Shown here one piece after another: positions 17,989 to 27,267 of a stretch of 64,000 bases of DNA. Location of the stretch: positions 27,437 to 91,436 of the forward strand of contig JBMOLU010000086.1 of assembly GCA_049325275.1 (NCBI GenBank). Direction: 5' to 3'. The notes beneath the pieces are model-generated. The model was not told the DNA's origin. It was given only the letters and a program-made list of their open reading frames with translations, and ran no database searches. Numbering within the stretch: the first letter of the stretch is position 1; each line of letters begins with the position of its first letter. Position numbers and translations under genes: made by a program. Source of the DNA: Chloroflexota bacterium (GTDB lineage: Bacteria; Chloroflexota; Anaerolineae; Anaerolineales; UBA4823).

Positions 17989-19814
17989 AATCTCTTTTTC
18001 GTTTGCGTGCGTTTGTCCGGCCCTACTTGCTGCAAATTATCCTTTTGTTGGCCGTTTTGCTGGCGATTACCGGGCTGAGCCTGGTGGTGCCGATGATTAT
18101 CCAGCGTGTGATCGATATCGGCGTGACGCAGCGCCGGATGGATTACATGCTGCGGGCGGCAGGGGTCATCCTGGCGATTGGCATCGCACGCGCCGTGCTG
18201 GCCTATGCCAACCGCTACCTGGGAGAATGGATTGCCGCCCACATCGGCTACGATTTGCGCAACCATCTCTACAACCACATTCAACACCTGCCGTTCAGCT
18301 ATCACGATCGCGCCCAGACGGGGCAACTCATCAGCCGCTGCATCGAGGACGTGCGCGCCATCGAGCGTTTTGCCGGGGCGAACCTGGCGGAACTGACCCG
18401 GGTGGTCGTCCTATTGATCGGGATTACGGCCTTGCTGATCGCCAACAATCCGCGCTTGGCCTTGATAGGGGTTTTGCCATTGATCCCGCTGGTGCTGATG
18501 AGTGTGAACTTTGGCGCGCGCATCGGCAGGTACTTTTACGCCGTGGATAATGCCCTGGGCGATCTCTCCGCTCACTTGCAGGAAAACGTCTCCGGTGTGC
18601 AAGCAGTACGCGCCTTTGCCCGTGAGCCTTACGAAATCGAGCGTTTTGCGGCGGCCAATCGCACGCTGTTCAATGCCCGCATCGGCGTCATCCGTGAATG
18701 GTCGAAGGTGATGCCGACCTCCAATTTTTTAGTGGCTTTGTGCACCATCTTGTTGCTCTGGTTTGGCGGCCCGATGGTGCTGCGCAGCGAGATGACCGTT
18801 GGCGCGCTGGTCGCTTTCAATAGCTATATCCTGATGCTGGGCGGGCCGGCCGGGCAACTGACCTGGCTGGTCAACTCGGTTGGCGAGGCCGTGGCAGGCG
18901 CCAAGCGTACGCTTGAAATTTTGGATACCGTCCTGACCATCCGCAGCCCGGAAAACGCCATCCAGCCGGCTGGAGCCGGGCAAAATCAGGTGTGTGGTGG
19001 CTGCGTGGCGTTTGAGGATGTTTCCTTCGTTTACCAGGGCGAGACGGCGCACGCCCTGAGCGAGGTCAACCTGAACGTCGAGCCGAACCAGGTGGTGGCC
19101 ATCGTTGGCCCGACAGGCTCGGGAAAGACCTCGTTGATCAACCTGATTCCGCGTTTCTACGACGTCACCGCGGGGCGGGTGCTGGTGGATGGGCACGACG
19201 TGCGTTGCCTCGATCTGACGGCGCTGCGCCGTCAGGTGGGCATCGTGCTGCAAACCTCGCTGTTGTTCTCCGTCAGCGTGCGTGAAAATATCGCCTACGG
19301 CCGCCCCGCTGCCGGCCTGGAGGAGATCGTGGCTGCGGCGAAGGCGGCCCAGGCACACGAGTTCATCCAGGGACTTTCGGATGGGTACGATACCGTGGTG
19401 GGCGAGCGCGGCGTGACGCTGTCTGGCGGCCAGCGCCAGCGTGTGGCCATCGCCCGTGCCCTGCTGATGAATCCACGCTTCCTCATCCTCGATGATTCCA
19501 CTTCCAGTGTGGATACGCACACCGAGCGCCTGATCCAGCAAGCTCTCGACACCCTCATGGAAGGCCGTACGACTTTCGTCATCGCTCACCGCCTCTCCAC
19601 CGTGCGCCGCGCCGATTTGATCCTGGTGATGGACGGCGGGCGCATCGTCGAACGCGGCAGGCACCACGAACTGTTGGCGCAGGGCGGCCTGTACCGCGAA
19701 ATCTACGATTTGCAACTGCGCGATCAGGAGCGTTTCCATGAAGAGATGGATGCGCTGCGCAAGTCGCCCGTGCGCCCACTCAGCAACGTGGGTGCGGGTA
19801 TGAAGAAGGAATAG
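17985..19814 (+). CDS. ABC transporter permease/ATP-binding protein (type I exporter, MsbA/LmrA-like)
   Basis: Six TM helices, then Walker A GPTGSGKTS, LSGGQRQR, and ILILDDSTSSVD. Confidence 0.85.
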   Translation: MKSLFRLRAFVRPYLLQIILLLAVLLAITGLSLVVPMIIQRVIDIGVTQRRMDYMLRAAGVILAIGIARAVLAYANRYLGEWIAAHIGYDLRNHLYNHIQHLPFSYHDRAQTGQLISRCIEDVRAIERFAGANLAELTRVVVLLIGITALLIANNPRLALIGVLPLIPLVLMSVNFGARIGRYFYAVDNALGDLSAHLQENVSGVQAVRAFAREPYEIERFAAANRTLFNARIGVIREWSKVMPTSNFLVALCTILLLWFGGPMVLRSEMTVGALVAFNSYILMLGGPAGQLTWLVNSVGEAVAGAKRTLEILDTVLTIRSPENAIQPAGAGQNQVCGGCVAFEDVSFVYQGETAHALSEVNLNVEPNQVVAIVGPTGSGKTSLINLIPRFYDVTAGRVLVDGHDVRCLDLTALRRQVGIVLQTSLLFSVSVRENIAYGRPAAGLEEIVAAAKAAQAHEFIQGLSDGYDTVVGERGVTLSGGQRQRVAIARALLMNPRFLILDDSTSSVDTHTERLIQQALDTLMEGRTTFVIAHRLSTVRRADLILVMDGGRIVERGRHHELLAQGGLYREIYDLQLRDQERFHEEMDALRKSPVRPLSNVGAGMKKE

Positions 19815-19820
19815 GCGCCG

Positions 19821-20441
19821 GTGGGCAGGGTTGGCGGCCGGCAAAGCAAGTTGGTGTGGGCGGGCGTGATCGGTCCGGTAACCTTTGTGGCCATCGACCT
19901 CCTGGCGGCCGCGCTGCGCCCCGGGTATGACCTGACATTCCATACGGTCAGCCGTTTGGCCGTGGGGCCGCTGGGCTGGCTGCAAACGCTCAACTTTGTG
20001 GTGGTTGGTGTGCTCACCATCCTGCTCGGTGTGGGCCTGTTGGCCAGATCGCAGCTGCTGGGAGGGCTGTTTGGCCTGTGGGGCTTGGGCTTCGTGCTGC
20101 TGGCGCTCTTCCCGACGGACCCCAGTGGCCTGTACCCGTTACGCCAGCGTATCCATTACTGGATTTTGGATGGGGTTGCGCTGCTGTTCCCGCTGATGTG
20201 CCTGGCGGCTGCCGTTGCTTTCTGGCAGCGAAGGCGCTTTTTTAGCATATTCTCACTGGCTTTGTGCCTGTTGGTGGCATTCGTAGCCGCTTCGTGGCTG
20301 CTTCGGCCGCAAGAGGTTTTGGCTTCCCCGCGACTTGGCCTGTACGAACGTGCCATCATCTGGACGGCGGTGATGTGGTGCCTGGCTTTATCGTGGAAAA
20401 TCCGTACGGACGAACCCCCATGCCCGCCTCCCAACGCGTAG
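19821..20441 (+). CDS. Polytopic membrane protein (DUF998-like)
   Basis: Highly hydrophobic, with GTG start. Confidence 0.45.
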   Translation: MGRVGGRQSKLVWAGVIGPVTFVAIDLLAAALRPGYDLTFHTVSRLAVGPLGWLQTLNFVVVGVLTILLGVGLLARSQLLGGLFGLWGLGFVLLALFPTDPSGLYPLRQRIHYWILDGVALLFPLMCLAAAVAFWQRRRFFSIFSLALCLLVAFVAASWLLRPQEVLASPRLGLYERAIIWTAVMWCLALSWKIRTDEPPCPPPNA

Positions 20442-20479
20442 GGGCGGCCCCACGGGTTTGCCGGACCGCGAGATGAAAC

Positions 20480-21916
20480 GTGTCAAAATTCAAAAAAAGG
20501 CCTGCCATTCCTCAACTGCCACCCGCCATCCCCGGGCGCTTTTTGGCGCGCATGCGGCCCCTGCTTGGCCCCGACTTTCCTGCGTTTGCTGCCATTTACG
20601 ATCAATCGCCTACCCACGGCCTGCGCGTTAATACGCTCAAGCTGACCCCTGAAGCTTTCCTCGCTTTTTCTCCCTTTCGCCTGTCGCCTTTGCCCTGGAA
20701 TTCCAGTGGCTTTCTGCTGGAAGAACCGGAAGAACGTCCCGGAAAACATCCCTTCCACGCCGCCGGCCTGTACTACCTGCAAGACCCGCATGCCCAGGCG
20801 GTTGCAGAAATCCTGGCGCCGCAGCCTGGCGAGCGCGTCCTCGACCTGGCCGCGGCGCCCGGCGGAAAGACCACGCACATCGCCAGCCGGATGCAAAACG
20901 GCGGTCTGTTGGTTGCCAACGAGATCAAGACCAAGCGCATCGGCCACCTGGCGGCCAACCTGGAACGTTGGGGGGCGCGTAATGTTACCGTCCTCAACGA
21001 AACGCCCGAACGCCTGGCTGACTTCTTCGGCCCCTTTTTCGACCGCGTGTTGGTCGATGCGCCCTGTTCCGGCGAGGGCATGTTCCGCAAGGACCTTTCG
21101 GCGCGCAGCGATTGGTCCGAAGATATGGTGGCCGGCTGCGCCGTGCGCCAGGCGGCCATCCTGCATTATGCCTCTCGCCTGGTGCGCCCCGGCGGCTGGT
21201 TGTGCTATTCCACCTGCACGTTTGCGCCGGAAGAAAACGAGGAAGTGATCGATGCTTTTTTGTCGGCGCATCCCGATTTTGCCGTGGCGCACGAGACGTA
21301 CCCCGTGACGTCGGATGCATTGTGCGCCACGCGGTGCGGTTTTCGTCTCTGGCCTCACACTTCCCCTGGCGAAGGGCATTTCATCGCTTTGCTGCACCGC
21401 CGGGAAGACGCCCCACCTGGTCGGCCAGCCGGCGCCGGGCAGCCCGCACCGCTCGGGCGCATTTTACAAGCGCAGTGGCGAACGTGGTGCGAGGAGCATC
21501 TGGCGGCCTTGCCGGATGTGACGCCCGTACAGGTCGGCACACGCCTGTACGCCTTGCCGGATGGCTTGCCCGATCTGGGTGGCCTGCGGGTACTGCATCC
21601 TGGCTGGTGGCTGGGCGATTTCAAGAAGGATCGTTTCGAACCCGCTCACGCCCTGGCGATGGCCTTGCACGTGGAAGATGCCCGCTGTATCCTGGCGCTG
21701 CCTGCCGACGATCCCGGCGTCATCAAATACCTGCGCGGTGAAACCCTGGTGAGTGCCGGTGACCCTGGCTGGATGCTCGTCGGCGTGACGGTCCCCGCTT
21801 CCTTTCCCGGCGCGCCGGAAGCGCAGGCTTTTCCACTCGGCTGGGGAAAGCGCGTCCAGGGTGTTGTCAAAAACCACTACCCCCGCGGGCTGGCCTGGTT
21901 GGGGCCTGGCCCATAG
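20480..21916 (+). CDS. rsmF: rRNA cytosine-C5 methyltransferase, RsmF/RsmB (NOL1/NOP2/Sun) family
   Basis: LDLAAAPGGKTTHI, VLVDAPCSGEGMFRKD, PEENEEV. Confidence 0.8.
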   Translation: MSKFKKRPAIPQLPPAIPGRFLARMRPLLGPDFPAFAAIYDQSPTHGLRVNTLKLTPEAFLAFSPFRLSPLPWNSSGFLLEEPEERPGKHPFHAAGLYYLQDPHAQAVAEILAPQPGERVLDLAAAPGGKTTHIASRMQNGGLLVANEIKTKRIGHLAANLERWGARNVTVLNETPERLADFFGPFFDRVLVDAPCSGEGMFRKDLSARSDWSEDMVAGCAVRQAAILHYASRLVRPGGWLCYSTCTFAPEENEEVIDAFLSAHPDFAVAHETYPVTSDALCATRCGFRLWPHTSPGEGHFIALLHRREDAPPGRPAGAGQPAPLGRILQAQWRTWCEEHLAALPDVTPVQVGTRLYALPDGLPDLGGLRVLHPGWWLGDFKKDRFEPAHALAMALHVEDARCILALPADDPGVIKYLRGETLVSAGDPGWMLVGVTVPASFPGAPEAQAFPLGWGKRVQGVVKNHYPRGLAWLGPGP

Positions 21917-21940
21917 TCCATTCTCTTTTGCGATGAAGCC

Positions 21941-23734
21941 ATGACGACTCCTCCTCCTCTCGACGATGTCCTGATGAAGGGCTACGATCCGGCCGTGACC
22001 CGGCGGCTGATCCGGTTTGCCCTGCCTTACCGTTGGCAACTTTTGTTTTCGCTGCTGTTGATGATGCTTTCCTCGGCGGTTGCGGTGGCCGGCCCCTACC
22101 TGGTCAAGATCGCCATCGATGATGGCCTGGCTGCCGGTGCGCTGGATGTCGTGCGCCGGACGGTTTTGCTTTACCTTGGTGCATTGTTTTTGCAGTGGCT
22201 TTCGATCTTTACGCGGGTGAACCTGATGGCATGGGTGGGGCAATCGATCATTTACGATTTACGCGCCCGGCTCTTCGAGCATTTGCAGCGACTCTCGCTC
22301 TCGTTTTACAGCCGTTATTCGGTGGGGCGCGTGATCACGCGCGTGATCAACGACGTGGGCGTACTGCGTGAGTTCATCACCTGGGCGGTGCTGGCCATCG
22401 CCCGCGATCTCTTTACCTTGCTCGGCATCGTGATCACGATGGTTACCCTGAACGTACGCCTGTCGCTGATCACCTTCATCACCATTCCGCTGATGGCCGT
22501 CGTGACAATGATTTTCAAGAAGTACGCCCGTGAAAACTACCGCAAGGTGCGCGCCGCCATCAGTTGGGTCAACTCTGTGCTGGCCGAAAACATCAACGGG
22601 GTACGCGTGGTGCAGGCTTTTGCGCGTGAGGGCGTCAACTATGCCCATTTTCACGACGACGTCAACAAGAACAACCTGGACACCACCCTCAAGGCGGCCC
22701 GGGTGGCCGCGCTTTACCCGTCGGCGATCGACCTGCTCGGGTCGGCGGCGGTCGCCATGGCGATCTGGCTGGGCGGCTCGGCCGTGTTGGGCGCCGACCT
22801 GGGCGGAGGCCAGCCGATCACAGCGGGCATCCTGGTGGCTTTTGTGTTGTACATCGAGCGTTTCTTCGAACCGATTCGCGATCTCAGCAACCGCTACGAC
22901 AGCTTTCAATCGACGATGGCGGGTGGCGAACGCATTTTTACCTTGCTCGATACGCCCATCGAAGTGCAAGATGCGCCCAACGCGGCCAGCCTGCCGCCCA
23001 TCCAGGGCGAGGTAGTCTTCGAACACGTGGACTTCCACTATGCGGACGATCCCACGCCGATCTTGACCGACATCCACCTGCACATCCGGCCCGGCCAGAC
23101 AGTGGCCCTGGTTGGGGAGACTGGGGCGGGCAAGTCGACGCTGGTCAAGCTGCTCGCGCGTTTTCACGATCCCACGCGCGGCGCGGTCAAGATCGACGGC
23201 TGCGACTTGCGCACGGTCACGCAGCACAGCCTGCGTTCGCAAATGGGCATCGTTTTGCAGGACCCGTTTCTGTTCAACGGATCGGTCAAGGACAACATCC
23301 GTTTCGGGCGCCTGGACGCCGACGACGCAGAAATTCGCGCTGCGGCAGAAGCCGTCGGCGCGCACGAGTTCATCACGCACCTGCGTGACGGCTACGATTC
23401 GTCGGTGGAAGAAGGCGGCACGGCGCTCTCGGTGGGGCAGCGCCAGTTGGTCTCGTTTGCGCGTGCCTTGCTGGCCGACCCGCGTATCCTGATCCTCGAC
23501 GAAGCCACCTCCAGCGTCGATACGCAAACCGAGCGCATCATCCAGGCCGCACTGGTGCGCCTGCTCAAGGGGCGCACGGCCTTCGTCATCGCCCATCGCC
23601 TTTCCACCGTGATCGGTTCCGATCTCATCCTGGTCGTTCAGGATGGCCGCATCGTGGAACAGGGCACACACAGCGAGCTGCTGGCAAAAGCAGGCGTTTA
23701 CGCCGGGCTGTACGCGATGGGTTTCGAAGAATAG
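21941..23734 (+). CDS. ABC transporter permease/ATP-binding protein (type I exporter)
   Basis: TM domain followed by GETGAGKST, LSVGQRQL, ILILDEATSSVD. Confidence 0.85.
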   Translation: MTTPPPLDDVLMKGYDPAVTRRLIRFALPYRWQLLFSLLLMMLSSAVAVAGPYLVKIAIDDGLAAGALDVVRRTVLLYLGALFLQWLSIFTRVNLMAWVGQSIIYDLRARLFEHLQRLSLSFYSRYSVGRVITRVINDVGVLREFITWAVLAIARDLFTLLGIVITMVTLNVRLSLITFITIPLMAVVTMIFKKYARENYRKVRAAISWVNSVLAENINGVRVVQAFAREGVNYAHFHDDVNKNNLDTTLKAARVAALYPSAIDLLGSAAVAMAIWLGGSAVLGADLGGGQPITAGILVAFVLYIERFFEPIRDLSNRYDSFQSTMAGGERIFTLLDTPIEVQDAPNAASLPPIQGEVVFEHVDFHYADDPTPILTDIHLHIRPGQTVALVGETGAGKSTLVKLLARFHDPTRGAVKIDGCDLRTVTQHSLRSQMGIVLQDPFLFNGSVKDNIRFGRLDADDAEIRAAAEAVGAHEFITHLRDGYDSSVEEGGTALSVGQRQLVSFARALLADPRILILDEATSSVDTQTERIIQAALVRLLKGRTAFVIAHRLSTVIGSDLILVVQDGRIVEQGTHSELLAKAGVYAGLYAMGFEE

Positions 23735-23792
23735 CCGCGCCTTCGATCGTTGGGGGTGTTGACTTTGCCGGTCCTGCCATGGAGAAACCGTG

Positions 23793-23921
23793 ATGTCGAA
23801 AATGGGAAAAACGATCCTTCTCTTTGCGGTGTTGGCTGTCCTGGCGGTGACGGGCTACGTGTTGTTTTCTCCTGCCACCTTCGGCCGTATCGGGTCCAGC
23901 CAGTATCCGGCTTCACCGTGA
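23793..23921 (+). CDS. Possible small single-TM protein (42 aa; MSKMGKTILLFAVLAVLAVTGYVLF...)
   Basis: GGAGA RBS 6 nt upstream. Below the 60-aa ORF cutoff, so read by hand. Confidence 0.25.
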   Translation: MSKMGKTILLFAVLAVLAVTGYVLFSPATFGRIGSSQYPASP

Positions 23922-24023
23922 AAGGACGTACCAGGTCTGGAAAGTTTACACAAAGATTACACTTTCGTAAAACGGAGCTTACCGGATGTGTTTACACTCG
24001 ATGGATAAAGGAGTAAAAAGACC

Positions 24024-25211
24024 ATGAAAACCCATCAATTTTTAAACACGCACTTCCGATCCAATCTCTTGATCGCTCTGTTGCTATCCGTCCTGGTTGG
24101 CACGCACGTCTTCTCGACGGCCACCGCCGTTTCCCAAGGCTTTGGCATGGGTGAAAGCACCCTTCTCCAGGCGGGATCATTTCTCCCCGTGGTTGCTTCC
24201 GCTCCGGTGGATCGCCCGCGTGGAATTTTTGTGCTGGCAGGGCTTGGGGGGCCGAACGGCGGGGTGGAGCAATCTCTCAAGATTATCAACCTGGTGCGCG
24301 ATCTCGATTACATCGAGGGCGTAACGATTGGTTTCTCCTGGGCGGATACGGAGGTTTCTCCCGGCCAGTATGATTTCTCCAAGATCGATGCCGTCATGGC
24401 CGCTTTATCTTCCAGCGAGAAGGCTCTGAATGTTGAAGTCTTTGCCGTAGAAGTCCCCGCTTATCTCCTGGCACAGCTGCCTGCCGAAGAGATATGGGAT
24501 GCCCACGCACCTGGTCAACGCACCGTGCGGACCGCTGTCCCTTGGAGTCAGGCGGCCCTGGGCGCCTGGGAGGCATATATGCAGGCGTTGGCCGCTCACC
24601 CTGTCCCCTTGCCCGATGGTACGATGGTGCCTCTTGCCGAACACCCGACGTTGATCATGGTGGATGCCCCGATCGTCGGTTTGCAAGACGTGCGGGATTT
24701 GAACAACGTCCTGACCAAGCTTCCTGGCTACGATCGCCAGACATTCATCGCCGCGGTGGTACAGTCAGTCCATGCCGCCCGAGATGTTTTTCCTGAAAAG
24801 TTCGGTTTCCTTGGCCTTTTTCGCTTGAATGATGCAAACATGGCTTATCCGCTCGATCAGGCAATCGTCGATCGGCTGATGGGTGATTTCAATGGCCCAG
24901 AACAGCCTACACTGGGTTTCTTTCAGGAGACCTTGAGCGATGCCGGACCTCAGGCCAGTGGCCTGGGGAAGCGTCTGTTTGCCGTCAAAGATCAAACCTA
25001 TATTGTCTTTCAAGCGCTAACTGCCTGGGTTAATCCATTTACCGGCGGGGACGCAGTTGCGAGCGGAAAAGCGGCCACGGGTATTCAGTTCGCTTATGAA
25101 ACCTACAACGCAACTTATGTAGAGCTTTATCTTGCTGATGTGCTCGATCCTAACCAAACACAAGACCTTCAGCAGTGGAACGCCATCCTGATCACAGGGG
25201 ACACGCCTTGA
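24024..25211 (+). CDS. Secreted hypothetical protein (signal peptide; possibly a glycoside-hydrolase-like TIM barrel)
   Basis: N-terminal hydrophobic signal. Strong AAGGAG RBS. Confidence 0.5.
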   Translation: MKTHQFLNTHFRSNLLIALLLSVLVGTHVFSTATAVSQGFGMGESTLLQAGSFLPVVASAPVDRPRGIFVLAGLGGPNGGVEQSLKIINLVRDLDYIEGVTIGFSWADTEVSPGQYDFSKIDAVMAALSSSEKALNVEVFAVEVPAYLLAQLPAEEIWDAHAPGQRTVRTAVPWSQAALGAWEAYMQALAAHPVPLPDGTMVPLAEHPTLIMVDAPIVGLQDVRDLNNVLTKLPGYDRQTFIAAVVQSVHAARDVFPEKFGFLGLFRLNDANMAYPLDQAIVDRLMGDFNGPEQPTLGFFQETLSDAGPQASGLGKRLFAVKDQTYIVFQALTAWVNPFTGGDAVASGKAATGIQFAYETYNATYVELYLADVLDPNQTQDLQQWNAILITGDTP

Positions 25212-25328
25212 AAACTGCGGCCGCCGGATAGGCGGATTGTCGATAGGCGTATGCCCGCACGTTCTCTATCAAATTAATACCGGCAATTGGCAGGACAATT
25301 TTGAAGGTAGGTGCTCACACTTGATCAT

Positions 25329-25339
25329 GCCCGTGCTAT
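25329..25339 (+). promoter_or_regulatory. Extended -10 promoter (TGcTATAAT)
   Basis: gtgctataatga is a TGn-TATAAT consensus. No good -35. Confidence 0.4.
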
Positions 25340-25345
25340 AATGAT

Positions 25346-25474
25346 GTCCACTCGCAGAGTCTGCCTGGGTTGCAGTTTTGTTCTGTACCCAGGCAGTGGC
25401 GCGGCCCGGGGGTAGGGCGCCGCCCGGCACCCGGATCGGCCGTAGCCCACAGACGGTAAAAATTTCACCCGACC
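25346..25474 (+). ncRNA. Structured 5' leader or candidate riboswitch-like element upstream of the URO-D-family/MenG genes
   Basis: Perfect 10-bp hairpin ctgcctgggt...acccaggcag, followed by a GC-rich second stem region. The leader is about 130 nt. Confidence 0.3.
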
Positions 25475-26440
25475 TTGATTGTATACGGTACCTCTATGGA
25501 CAACAAACGTGACTTGATCCTTTCGTTACTCAACACCACCCAGGCTCCTGCCTATACCCCGGCGGCTTTCTTTCTCCATTTTGGAGAAGCTTATCACCGC
25601 GGCCAGGCGGCCGTCGACAAGCACCTCCAATACTTTCGCGAAACCGACATGGATTTCGTCAAAATCCAGTACGAGCTTCCTTTCCCGCGCCTGCCCAATA
25701 TCCAGCGCCCGGCGGACTGGGCCGATATGCCGCGCTACAAAGAAGATTTTTTCGAACCGCAGCTTGCGGTGATCGACGGCATTGTCAAGGCCGTCAAAGC
25801 CGAAGCGATGATCGTTTGCACGCTGTATTCCCCCTTCATGTGCGCCGGCCACGCCGTGGGTGCCGAGCGCATGCTCCAGCACATTGCGGAAGACCCGGAA
25901 GCCGTGCGCCGTGGGATGGAAATCGTCGCCGAAAGTGTTTTGAACTTCGTCAAAGCCGGCATTCGCCTCGGCCTGGACGGTTTTTACACCTCCACGCAGG
26001 GCGGCGAGCGCTCGCGTCTGGCTGACACGGTCCTTTTCGACCGCCTGGTGCGCCCGTTCGATCTGATGGTGATGGACGAAGCCAACGCGCACTGCTCCTT
26101 CAACATCCTGCACATTTGCGATTACGTCGACACCTATGCCGATATTTCCCACTTTGTGAACTACCCGGGCCAGGTGGTCAATACGCCCCTGATGGTCGGC
26201 GGCAAGCCACTCGACATGGCCGAAGCAGCGCGCTTGTTCGAGCGCCCCGTCATGGGCGGGCTTGACCGGCACGGCGTGCTCGCACAGGGTACTCCCGATC
26301 AGGTTCGTGCGGCGGCTCGATCGGTACTGGATGTGGCTCCCCCACGCTTCATTTTGGCAGCCGACTGCACGGCCCCTGCCGATACATCGTGGGATAATCT
26401 GCGCGCGGCCATCGAAACGGCCCACCAGCGCCAGCCTTAA
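25475..26440 (+). CDS. Uroporphyrinogen-decarboxylase (URO-D) family protein, possibly an MtaA/CmuA-type methyltransferase
   Basis: URO-D-like TIM-barrel length and motifs. TTG or the ATG at 25496 are both possible starts. Confidence 0.6.
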   Translation: MIVYGTSMDNKRDLILSLLNTTQAPAYTPAAFFLHFGEAYHRGQAAVDKHLQYFRETDMDFVKIQYELPFPRLPNIQRPADWADMPRYKEDFFEPQLAVIDGIVKAVKAEAMIVCTLYSPFMCAGHAVGAERMLQHIAEDPEAVRRGMEIVAESVLNFVKAGIRLGLDGFYTSTQGGERSRLADTVLFDRLVRPFDLMVMDEANAHCSFNILHICDYVDTYADISHFVNYPGQVVNTPLMVGGKPLDMAEAARLFERPVMGGLDRHGVLAQGTPDQVRAAARSVLDVAPPRFILAADCTAPADTSWDNLRAAIETAHQRQP

Positions 26441-26479
26441 CCAGACGCGAGTCTGTGTGCCGGGCACATCCTTTTTGCC

Positions 26480-27181
26480 ATGACCCACCTCACCGGAAAC
26501 GAACGTGCCCAATACGTCCAGGCCATGTTCACCCGCATTGCCGGGCGTTACGATTTAATGAATCGCCTGATGACTGCCGGGCAAGATGTTCGTTGGCGCA
26601 AAGAAGTTATTCAGCGGGCCAGTTTGCAGCCTGAGAACCGCCTGCTCGATCTCGGCGCCGGAACCGGTGACATGGCCTTGCAAGCAAGGCGAGGGCTGCC
26701 GTCCGTTTCCGTGGTTGCTGCCGACTTTACCTTGGAGATGATGAAGGCAGGCCAGAGGCGTCCCGGCGGCGAGGCGCTTCCCTGGAGCGCTGCCGATGCT
26801 TTGCTTCTGCCCTTCGCCAACCATACGTTCGACGCCGTCGTTTCAGGTTTCTTAATGCGCAACGTGGCCGATCTGCCACAAGCGTTGGCAGAACAGTGGC
26901 GGGTGCTCAAGCCCGGTGGGCGCGTGGTCATCCTCGACACCACGCGCCCGGCCCAAAACCTGTTCAGCCCTTTCATCCGCATCCATTTGCACGTTATCAT
27001 CCCCTTGCTCGGCCGCTTGATCGCTGGAGACTCGTCTGCTTATACCTACCTCCCCGATTCCACCGAAGGTTTCCTGGCGGCCGAAACCCTTGCCGAACAC
27101 ATGCGCACGGCCGGTTTTCGTGACGTCCGCTTCGTACGCCGTATGTTTGGGACAATTGCCATCCACTTTGGGGTCAAATGA
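26480..27181 (+). CDS. ubiE: Demethylmenaquinone/ubiquinone methyltransferase (UbiE/MenG)
   Basis: YDLMNRLMTAGQDVRWRK, LDLGAGTGD. Confidence 0.85.
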   Translation: MTHLTGNERAQYVQAMFTRIAGRYDLMNRLMTAGQDVRWRKEVIQRASLQPENRLLDLGAGTGDMALQARRGLPSVSVVAADFTLEMMKAGQRRPGGEALPWSAADALLLPFANHTFDAVVSGFLMRNVADLPQALAEQWRVLKPGGRVVILDTTRPAQNLFSPFIRIHLHVIIPLLGRLIAGDSSAYTYLPDSTEGFLAAETLAEHMRTAGFRDVRFVRRMFGTIAIHFGVK

Positions 27182-27267
27182 CGGTAAAATGGCGGGCATT
27201 ACATCCTTACTTCGCACATGCCACTGCAGGCGCAGTATCCTCCCGACCCACACTTCGGAGAAACCCC

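Noticed and set aside
25360-25380. Cobalamin-riboswitch B12 box (GCCACTG) near the URO-D-family gene leader
   Set aside because: The motif is present only as its reverse complement (cagtggc) relative to the downstream gene's strand. The rest of the B12 consensus could not be recognised.
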